The notes beneath the pieces were generated by a model. It searched no databases and was not told the DNA's origin. It worked only from the letters and a program-made list of their open reading frames with translations. A stretch of 31,197 nt of DNA from the NCBI GenBank assembly GCA_964631415.1, contig CAZVZC010000012.1, positions 14,317 to 45,513 of the forward strand. Direction: 5' to 3'. The position numbers were made by a program, and so were the translations under genes. The DNA is from an uncultured archaeon. Lineage in GTDB: Archaea > Asgardarchaeota > Thorarchaeia > Thorarchaeales > Thorarchaeaceae. This document shows, one piece after another, positions 1 through 7,246 of the stretch (positions are counted from its first letter, which is position 1; the number at the start of each line of letters is the position of its first letter).

Positions 1-81
1 TGGCAGCAGGCTTCTTAGCTGGCTTCTTGGCAGCAGGCTTCTTAGCTGGCTTCTTGGCAGCAGGCTTCTTAGCTGGCTTCT
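1..81. repeat. Three perfect 27-bp tandem copies (KKPAKKPAA coding repeat)
   Basis: tggcagcaggcttcttagctggcttct at 1-27, 28-54 and 55-81. Confidence 0.95.
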
Positions 82-406
82 TAGCGGCTGGCTTCTTGGC
101 AGCCGGTTTCTTAGCAGCTGGCTTGGGCGCTGGCGCTGGGGCCGGTGCTGGCTTAGGCGCTGGTGCTGGGGCCGGTGCTGGCTTAGGAGCCGGTGCTGGA
201 GCAGGCGCTGGTGCTGGAGCTGGCTTAGGAGCCGGTGCTGGAGCAGGCGCTGGTGCTGGAGCTGGCTTAGGAGCCGGTGCTGGAGCAGGCGCTGGTGCTG
301 GAGCTGGCCTAGGAGCCGGCCATGGTGCTGGAGCCGGCTTAGGAGCCGGAGCCGGAGCCGGTGCTGGCTTTGGAGGCTCTGACCCTGGTTTTGGTGGTTG
401 TGCCAT
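1..406 (-). CDS. Pro/Ala/Lys-rich low-complexity protein, histone H1-like/AlgP-like KPAA repeats (3' end runs off the window)
   Basis: ATG at 406 with an in-frame TAG 7 codons upstream. Translates MAQPPKPGSEPPKPAPAPAPAPKPAPAPWPAPRPAPAP...KPAAKKPAAKKPAAKKPAKKPAAKKPAKKPAA with no stop before base 1. TATA-like TTTATA on the minus strand at 511-506. Absent from the ORF track, probably because it has no stop in the window. Confidence 0.8.
   Translation of the reverse strand, partial: MAQPPKPGSEPPKPAPAPAPAPKPAPAPWPAPRPAPAPAPAPAPAPKPAPAPAPAPAPAPKPAPAPAPAPAPAPKPAPAPAPAPKPAPAPAPAPKPAAKKPAAKKPAAKKPAKKPAAKKPAKKPAAKKPAKKPAA
180..305. repeat. Three perfect 42-bp tandem copies (14-aa K(PA)n coding repeat)
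   Basis: ggcttaggagccggtgctggagcaggcgctggtgctggagct at 180-221, 222-263 and 264-305. Confidence 0.95.
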
Positions 407-503
407 GACTTGTTTCCCAACTCGCTACTTTGTGTGGGTTGCTTCAAGACATCGGTCTAGTCTGATGAAGCTCTATCCCGCTCCTCGCATAGTGAATCAT
501 GCC

Positions 504-519
504 AATATAAACGATTTTG
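504..519 (-). promoter_or_regulatory. Archaeal BRE/TATA promoter for the Pro/Ala/Lys-rich gene
   Basis: Minus strand reads caaaatcgTTTATAtt, about 100 nt upstream of ATG 406. Confidence 0.55.
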
Positions 520-556
520 TCAGAAAGCCACTGAGAGAGCGTTCGGCACACATAAT

Positions 557-1792
557 TCACCCATCATCCGTTCCCGAATGTGGATCTGCCTCAACAGGTG
601 TTGACCGCCACACCTTAGATCTCTTCTCTCGGAGAAACAAAGAAATGATGCCTGCAATGGCCGTTGTTGAGGCCAGAAACAGGATTGATGCTGAAAGGCC
701 GTAGGTGTCCCCTAGAGAGCCGAAGACGAGGGGTGCAACGGCCCCAGGAAGCGCTCCTATCGAGAACAGGAGGCCAAAAGCGAGTCCTCTTGACCTAGCT
801 GGGCTGACCTCCGTTTCAAAGGCCTCGTTTGGAGGAACTCCTAGGAAGTAGAAGAATCCGAAGAGAATCAGCACTGCAATCACAAATGTTTGGTCAATTG
901 ATGTGTTGAGCAACAGCAAACAGGGAGTAATGAGTGCGTTCGAGAGCACTATGAATGGCACTCGCCGCCTGAGCCTGTCTGAGAGGGGAGCTGACACAAC
1001 CTCCCCAACAAGTCCTCCGAGGAGCAATATTGTGGTCAAGGATCCGGCCCAGACGGGCGTATAGCCGAATCTATCGACAAGATAAACAGGCATCAGCATC
1101 GCAACACACCTAAATGGTATTCCTCTGAGGCCCGAAAGAATCAGGATCAGTGCGTAATTGCGAGTCCAGCCTTCAACATCAGGCTCTCGCTGAATCGCAA
1201 CGTGACAGGCAGGAGTTTCTCTGCGTCCCCAGGTCATAAACATCGAGGCAGAAACAAACAGGACAAAGCCCATCATCCCGAGAACGACCAGAGACTGTTT
1301 CCATCCTCCGAGGAGCACAAAGAGTGTGATTCCAAGAGCTGGGACGACTGCCATGCCCGCGAGCCCCCCTGCCGCTTGTATGCCGGCGGCAGTGGCCCTA
1401 GAACTTCCTGGGAATCTCACGGTAATAGCAGGGAATGCGCAGGGATGGTATGCAGATGCGGCCAGACCAAGGAGGACCTGACAAAGAATCAGGAAAGCTA
1501 ACGTGGTCGCGAGGCTCGTAAGGAGCACGACGAGAGCTGTGAAGAGAATGCTCGCAGGGATCAAGATATCTTGCCACCCCTTATCCGAGAGATACCCCAC
1601 GAGCAAGTGCGACGCAGTCATAGTAAACACCGCTGCACTTGTTACAAGTCCCACCTCCGTCAGACTCAGCGAGAGTTCGTCTCTAATGATGGGCATGAAA
1701 GGTGAAAGAGCACCGGTGTACAGATGGTTCGAGAAATGGGCGACCGTGCAGGCTGCCAGTACTGCAAGTGACGCTCTCGTTGTTCTGGACAC
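557..1792 (-). CDS. Major facilitator superfamily transporter
   Basis: 411 aa, about 12 hydrophobic segments, motif A variants GYLSDKG and APLSDRLRRR, YHP motif typical of Fsr-like MFS proteins. GTG start with GAGG upstream. Confidence 0.92.
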   Translation of the reverse strand: MSRTTRASLAVLAACTVAHFSNHLYTGALSPFMPIIRDELSLSLTEVGLVTSAAVFTMTASHLLVGYLSDKGWQDILIPASILFTALVVLLTSLATTLAFLILCQVLLGLAASAYHPCAFPAITVRFPGSSRATAAGIQAAGGLAGMAVVPALGITLFVLLGGWKQSLVVLGMMGFVLFVSASMFMTWGRRETPACHVAIQREPDVEGWTRNYALILILSGLRGIPFRCVAMLMPVYLVDRFGYTPVWAGSLTTILLLGGLVGEVVSAPLSDRLRRRVPFIVLSNALITPCLLLLNTSIDQTFVIAVLILFGFFYFLGVPPNEAFETEVSPARSRGLAFGLLFSIGALPGAVAPLVFGSLGDTYGLSASILFLASTTAIAGIISLFLREKRSKVWRSTPVEADPHSGTDDG

Positions 1793-1858
1793 GCAAGTGA
1801 CCTCTTCAGTGTGACCGCGCTTGGGCCTCGAATGGTCGCATAGTTAAGCATGCTGATT

Positions 1859-1894
1859 TGGAGGTCCGAGCTCATCTCACGGCGCGGACCTCCA
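1859..1894. other. Perfect 10-bp inverted repeat (hairpin or operator) upstream of the MFS gene
   Basis: TGGAGGTCCG-N16-CGGACCTCCA. Confidence 0.6.
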
Positions 1895-1915
1895 CGTAGC
1901 TCACAAGTGTCATGC

Positions 1916-2007
1916 AGAAAGAAGAAGGAATGAAACCGATAAGTTGGTAACTGGCGACCAGAGCTATGCCCCGGTCACCAGCACCGCTTCGACTCGGTAG
2001 TTTTAGC
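1916..2007 (-). ncRNA. Candidate structured small RNA (about 75-90 nt), family unknown
   Basis: Strong promoter (cggaagcTTTTAAG) upstream. Long hairpin ACCGA..GGTG-CTGGTGACCGGGGC-ATA-GCTCTGGTCGCCAG-TTACC..TCGGT whose G-U pairs form only on the minus strand. Followed by the pyrimidine tract TTCCTTCTTCTTTCT. No ORF. Confidence 0.5.
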
Positions 2008-2028
2008 GACTATGCCCTGTGCTTCACG

Positions 2029-2043
2029 GCTTAAAAGCTTCCG
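2029..2043 (-). promoter_or_regulatory. BRE/TATA promoter for the candidate sRNA
   Basis: Minus strand cggaagcTTTTAAGc, close to the archaeal BRE + TTTWAA consensus. Confidence 0.55.
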
Positions 2044-2094
2044 AGACTGCGCAATGGAAGTGTATCCGTCCACACTTCGGTTTCCATGATTTCA

Positions 2095-4125
2095 CTACAG
2101 CCCCGTCAACCATAGGACAATCTTGAGGGCCAGCACATCATCATCATGAGAATTGTAGCGGCCGGCCATGCCCCAGTTGTCGACAAAGAAGTTTGACCCG
2201 GTCACAACGATTCGACCGCTGCCGCTTCCTTGAATGCAGGCCAAGACTGTGTCTGAATAATACCGAGCTAGGGATGTCGCGCCCGCTGGAATGGTTATTG
2301 TTGAACCCAGATAGTCGAAATCACCCACCCCTGTGGTTATTGTGTGCGCTGTGGTGTCCGTTATGAGTGCCGGCGAGTTTCCAGACGGAACGCCCGTGTA
2401 ACTTAGCGAGAATCCTGTCCAGTTGAGGAACTCGTTCAGCGAGCTGATATCAAGACTGTCGTTCGAGAGAGCGGCCACGAAGATAGCGCCACCTGCTTCG
2501 AAGTACTGCTGGTAGGCCTCTTCTTCTGCCTGAGAGAACGGAATAGAGAATGCGATTGGTGCAAGTGCGTCTGTTTCATTCACTTCCCAAGTGCACGGGT
2601 CTAGCAACAAGACTGCGTCATACTGTGACAGGGTTTCGAAGGTTGTTGCAGACCCGTTGCGCAGCTCGGTCACTGAGATCGAGTTCGATGTGAGCTCCTT
2701 GTAGAGTTCCTTGAACTGCCCATAGATGGTGTCCATAGACCATGAAGTGTGGCTGATGTCAAACGCCACTCGTGCGTCGGGGTTTGTGACGCTGAAACTC
2801 ACACTGACATTTGCACTCCCGCCCGTTTCCGACATGAACTGGATGTCGGCACTGTAAGCTGCGGAACCGTTGTCTGGCACTTCCACCTTGAGAGGAACCA
2901 GACCTGTCTGATTGATTGTCACGGTTTCTGGGAGATGGAACACGCTTGGAGTGGCAGTCGCGACCTGAACATCAAAGACTGTGAGCTTGGTTGTGAAGAG
3001 GGTCAACTCAAACTCATACACGTCCCCGTAGAAGAGTCTCTCGAAATCTAGAGGGAGGCTCACCGGAGACACATAAGCCATAGCAGGTAGGTCTTGAGGT
3101 TCTGCGCTCTCCGCTATCAGCTGTATAGAGTTGTCCACATTGAGTGCTCCTGCGCCAACCAAGTACTCTGGCCAAGGAATTGGGTCTGCACCTCTCAGCA
3201 GAGCCGTCATCACAAGACCCGGCGTCCATGATCGGCTGTTTGCACGACAGTAGGCCACAATGCTCGCTGCAGCTGCTGCTACTCTAGGAGATGAGAATGA
3301 TGTACCATAGTATATGGCTGTCGTAGTTTCAACATATCCCAGTGCGGCGATGTCCGGTTTCATGTACCTCGATTGAGTTGGTCCCAAGCTTGAGAAGTAG
3401 TACGGGTCGTCAGTGTCGTCGATGCCTGCTACTGAGAGGCAGGCTGGGAAGACTCCTGGCGATGCGATACTGGTCCCTGCAATCCCGCTGTCCCCCTCAT
3501 TGCCTGCAGACGCAACGACAACCACGCCGTGGGAGAATGCATATTGCACTGCTTGCTTGCCCGGGTCTCCAAAGGTCGGTGTCGAGCCCATCGAGAGATT
3601 GATCACACTACAGTTCTGCTCAATGGCCCAGTAAATGGCAGCCACGATCCCGGCGGTGGTGGCAGCTCCCTGAAACCCGATTACCTTCGCAATCACTAGG
3701 TACGCGCTATCGCAGTCTTGGACTACCACCGTGGAAACGAGTGTCCCATGCGGCACGCCATCAGGCTCAGCGTCATTCGTGGAATTGTCATTCAGGTCAT
3801 AACCGTATTCGGTACTGACGAAGCTCTTCTGTGCAACCACTCTGCCTTCGAGACTATGACCGACATTTATGCCCGAGTCAATTATCGCGACTCTCACAAC
3901 TTGGCCCGATGTGCCAGTCGGAAGCAACCCAAGCAGGAACACCATGCCTGATGACACCACAATCAGCAATATCACAATCAGAGCAAGCAGCTTTGTCACG
4001 CTTGTCGACGATCCTCGCTTGGCGGCAACAGGGGTTTCCCAGTATCTGTACACACCCAATTTTGTCTTGCCAATGCCAAAAGAATCTGTCGGAGCTGGTA
4101 ACACCTGCAGCCACTGCGACAGCAC
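2095..4125 (-). CDS. Membrane-anchored S8 subtilisin-family serine protease with Ig-like and C-terminal GATase-like/DUF4350 domain (Site-1 protease-like architecture); exact start uncertain
   Basis: Triad motifs VAIIDSG, HGTLV, GTSFSSP; oxyanion SAGNEG; KPDIAA. N-terminal TM segment LLALIVILLIVVSSGMVFLLGLL. C-terminal VAFDISH...QYDAVLLLDP...GGAIFV...GRIVVTG domain. Confidence 0.9.
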   Translation of the reverse strand: MLSQWLQVLPAPTDSFGIGKTKLGVYRYWETPVAAKRGSSTSVTKLLALIVILLIVVSSGMVFLLGLLPTGTSGQVVRVAIIDSGINVGHSLEGRVVAQKSFVSTEYGYDLNDNSTNDAEPDGVPHGTLVSTVVVQDCDSAYLVIAKVIGFQGAATTAGIVAAIYWAIEQNCSVINLSMGSTPTFGDPGKQAVQYAFSHGVVVVASAGNEGDSGIAGTSIASPGVFPACLSVAGIDDTDDPYYFSSLGPTQSRYMKPDIAALGYVETTTAIYYGTSFSSPRVAAAAASIVAYCRANSRSWTPGLVMTALLRGADPIPWPEYLVGAGALNVDNSIQLIAESAEPQDLPAMAYVSPVSLPLDFERLFYGDVYEFELTLFTTKLTVFDVQVATATPSVFHLPETVTINQTGLVPLKVEVPDNGSAAYSADIQFMSETGGSANVSVSFSVTNPDARVAFDISHTSWSMDTIYGQFKELYKELTSNSISVTELRNGSATTFETLSQYDAVLLLDPCTWEVNETDALAPIAFSIPFSQAEEEAYQQYFEAGGAIFVAALSNDSLDISSLNEFLNWTGFSLSYTGVPSGNSPALITDTTAHTITTGVGDFDYLGSTITIPAGATSLARYYSDTVLACIQGSGSGRIVVTGSNFFVDNWGMAGRYNSHDDDVLALKIVLWLTGL

Positions 4126-4294
4126 GTCTAGCTACACAGGAATGGGCTGATGCAGAATGGACAGCCGGCCGGCTCAAAAAAGCTTCAAAAGGTCCGTTCG
4201 TTACTAGCACAGTGCTCAAGACCTCCCAAACCTGTTACAAGTTCCTTTATCTATGAGCGCCGTTCAGAGTGCTTAACTGACCGAGGGACATATC

Positions 4295-7222
4295 TTGCCG
4301 GAGAAGGACGCCATCACGACCTCGCTGACCACATGCAGGTTTCATTGCATTCCTCTCGACGATGTCCTAAGCACTCTCTCTGTCGATTCGAGAGTGGGAC
4401 TATCGGACGATGACGCAAGGACTCGTCTTCAGAAGTATGGGCCCAATACATTGCCAAAGGTAAGGGGTTCCTTCTGGAAGGTCTATCTTGCACCCATTCT
4501 CAACTGGCTGATCAACATCTATCTCATGAGCTCAGTGGCACTAATCGCCCTCGCATTCCTGTTTCCCTCAGAGGAGAACCAGCTGGGAGAAGCCACAGTC
4601 TGGTTGAGCGTTGTGGCAGTCAACTGTTTGGTGGCGATTTTCCAGCAGTACAGGGCTCAAAGGAAGCTGGAGGCCCTTGAGAAGCTCTCCGCGGGTGAGT
4701 CGCGAGTCATTCGCGGTGGCCGGGAAATGAAGATAGACCCCACGCTGGTTGTTCCCGGCGATATCGTCAAGCTGGAACAAGGGGACAAGGTACCGGCTGA
4801 TGGGCGAATCGTTACGTCTACTAACCTCAGCACCAACGAAGCTTCATTGACTGGTGAGAGCGTTCCGAACTCGAAGGACCACAGAGCGGTCGTAGGAGCA
4901 GAGGTGCCCCTGACTGACATGAAGAACATGGTCTTCTTTGGCACATATGTTTCGACTGGTACTGCAGTCGTTGCTGTGACTATGACAGGCCCGTCTACCG
5001 AGATTGGCCTGATTCAGGGCGAGCTTGAGGAACTGAACACGGGTGACATCCCGCTCCGTAAGAAGGTCAACCTCCTTGCGAAGTTCCTGGGCATTGCTGC
5101 GTTGGTACTCATGGGCGTATCGATGCTATGGCAGACCCTCCTTCGTCCGGTACTCTCCGGCCTGCCTCCAGATTTCACTCCGGCCGCAATCGCCGCTGAC
5201 CTGACGGATGGAATAACAAGGGCAATGACAATAATGCCCATCAATATCCCTCTGCTCACGACGATTGTGCTATTGACTGGAGTACTCGCCATGGCCAAGA
5301 AGGCGGTGATCATCAGGGACCTGTCAGCGATAGAGAGTCTCGGCCGAGTGAGCGTGATATGTTCGGACAAGACCGGTACAATGACTCGGAATCAGATGAC
5401 AGTCAAGTTCTGCTGGGACTGCCGGGATCTCTACACCATTACTGGTGATGGATACGAGCCGCTAGGTGAGATATATCGGCTCAAGGACATGTCTGCCATA
5501 GACTCGACGATTCCAGCCACTGCTGTCAGGGTCAAAGATGTAGAGGGCTCGAAGGGCCTTTACAGGCTCATGCTTTGCGGTGCAATAGACAACGATTCAG
5601 AAATCACCCAGAGGGACATCTCCGGACAGGGCGTCGTATGGTATCCCATTGGGGATCCGACCGACGCCGCTCTCCTTGCTCTCTTCCGCAAGAGTGGGCT
5701 AGATGAGGGTGAGATTAAGAAGAAGTACAAGGTCGTGAAGGAATTCCCGTTTGAGTCAGAGCTCAAGCGAATGTCTAAGATATGCTATGACGGCCAGAAG
5801 TTCGTTGCTTTTGTCAAAGGTGCGACGGAGGTCATCTTGCAGAGGTGCACGATGATTAGCAGCGGGGACCGGACTTCGAAGCTAACGCCTGAAACTGCGA
5901 CGAAAATCCGCGGACATGTAGACCAATTCGCCTCGAAGGGATACCGTGTCATATCTCTTGCATATCGCGAAGCCGACGCTCTTCCCCAAGCCGAAGGCGA
6001 CCGAGAACAGACAGAACGAGGCCTCGTATATCTCGGGTTCGCATGTATCGTAGACCCGCCACGTGAGGGTGTCAGGGAAGCTGTCGACAGGTGCCACAGT
6101 GCTGGAATCAATGTGGTCATGATAACCGGTGACTCAGCATCGACCGCAAGGACAATCGCCACTGACCTTGACATTGTGTCAGGAGAATCGCTTGTCATCG
6201 AGGGCTCTGCTATCCCGGATCTTAGTGATGCCGACTTTGCTCGTGTCAATGTTTTCGCAAGGGTGAATCCTCAGCACAAGCAGGTCATCGTGGAGCGCTA
6301 TCAGAATCAGGGCAAAGTTGTGGCCATGACTGGGGATGGTGTGAATGACGCATTGGCGCTCGCCATGAGTGATGCAGGCATTGCTATGGGCATGACAGGC
6401 ACCGATGTGGCAAAGGAGGCATCTGACCTCGTTATAACCGATGACAGTTTCACATCAATCGTCACGGGTGTTCACGAAGGAAGAGGCCTTTTCACCAAGA
6501 TTCGGATGGTAGTCTATTTCTACGTGGCAATCAACCTCGCTGAGAGCTTGATCTTCTTCGGGAGTCTCTTCTTCCTGCCTGAGAATGTGATAATGCTCTC
6601 CACATGGCAGAGTCTCTACATTGTCGTGACAACGCACTCGTTCCCAGGGCTTGCTCTCGTGTTTGACAAGATTTCGCCGCGGGCCATGGAGGAACGTCCT
6701 AGGGACAGTGAGGAGATCATCACAAAACCGCTCGCCAGATTCCTAGGCTTGAATGTTGCATTGATGGCCTTGGGAGTCGGGCTTGCCTTTGCACTCACAC
6801 TGACCGGCTGGATGGGAATCGTGGGCGTATATCCCGAAAACGTTGCAGGCACATACGCATCGTTCATGATGGGGCCAGAGGCACCAGTGTACAAGGCCAA
6901 CGTCATGATGCTAACAGTCATCCTGCTGGTCGAGAGCACGCTGGTCTTGATAATCCGGCGCGTGAACATGCCTCTTTCCGAGAGCTTGCGTGAGCCCGGC
7001 ACAATCAGGTATACGTTCTTCTTGGGACTCATCTACTTGGCTCATCTCCTCTTGATGTACGTCCCCATTACCCAAGAGATACTGTCCTCAGTAGGACTGC
7101 ATTTCTACTTCATACCGCTGACTGCATATGATTGGCTGATCTGTTTCCTGCTGGCCATACCAGCCATCGCGGGAATGGAAATCTACAAACTCAACTTGAG
7201 GAGGAAGGGCGTCACCCTCTAG
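4295..7222 (+). CDS. P-type ATPase, type II-like scaffold with non-canonical ion-binding motifs
   Basis: PGD, TGES, DKTGTMT, KGA, DPPR, MITGD, TGDGVND motifs and about 10 TM segments. M4 reads PINIP and M6 reads VVTTHSFP. TTG start. Confidence 0.95.
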   Translation: MPEKDAITTSLTTCRFHCIPLDDVLSTLSVDSRVGLSDDDARTRLQKYGPNTLPKVRGSFWKVYLAPILNWLINIYLMSSVALIALAFLFPSEENQLGEATVWLSVVAVNCLVAIFQQYRAQRKLEALEKLSAGESRVIRGGREMKIDPTLVVPGDIVKLEQGDKVPADGRIVTSTNLSTNEASLTGESVPNSKDHRAVVGAEVPLTDMKNMVFFGTYVSTGTAVVAVTMTGPSTEIGLIQGELEELNTGDIPLRKKVNLLAKFLGIAALVLMGVSMLWQTLLRPVLSGLPPDFTPAAIAADLTDGITRAMTIMPINIPLLTTIVLLTGVLAMAKKAVIIRDLSAIESLGRVSVICSDKTGTMTRNQMTVKFCWDCRDLYTITGDGYEPLGEIYRLKDMSAIDSTIPATAVRVKDVEGSKGLYRLMLCGAIDNDSEITQRDISGQGVVWYPIGDPTDAALLALFRKSGLDEGEIKKKYKVVKEFPFESELKRMSKICYDGQKFVAFVKGATEVILQRCTMISSGDRTSKLTPETATKIRGHVDQFASKGYRVISLAYREADALPQAEGDREQTERGLVYLGFACIVDPPREGVREAVDRCHSAGINVVMITGDSASTARTIATDLDIVSGESLVIEGSAIPDLSDADFARVNVFARVNPQHKQVIVERYQNQGKVVAMTGDGVNDALALAMSDAGIAMGMTGTDVAKEASDLVITDDSFTSIVTGVHEGRGLFTKIRMVVYFYVAINLAESLIFFGSLFFLPENVIMLSTWQSLYIVVTTHSFPGLALVFDKISPRAMEERPRDSEEIITKPLARFLGLNVALMALGVGLAFALTLTGWMGIVGVYPENVAGTYASFMMGPEAPVYKANVMMLTVILLVESTLVLIIRRVNMPLSESLREPGTIRYTFFLGLIYLAHLLLMYVPITQEILSSVGLHFYFIPLTAYDWLICFLLAIPAIAGMEIYKLNLRRKGVTL

Positions 7223-7246
7223 TGCATCGTCAGCGGAGGCGGGCGG

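Noticed and set aside
1-305. Direct repeats as a possible CRISPR array
   Set aside because: Repeats are contiguous without spacers, have lengths divisible by 3 and lie inside a coding frame. No cas genes are present.
27-704. 225-aa plus-strand Gly/Ala-rich ORF (GAGAG, silk- or collagen-like)
   Set aside because: Antisense shadow of the Pro/Ala/Lys repeat gene. It overlaps the MFS gene, and the promoter and start codon lie on the minus strand.
1916-2007. Hairpin as tRNA, SECIS or H/ACA guide
   Set aside because: No cloverleaf, no AUGA/GA quartet, no K-turn with a terminal ACA, and no adjacent gene with an in-frame TGA.
4295-7222. Routine annotation as a calcium-transporting ATPase
   Set aside because: The key Ca2+ site II ligands in M4 and M6 are substituted, so the substrate cannot be assigned.
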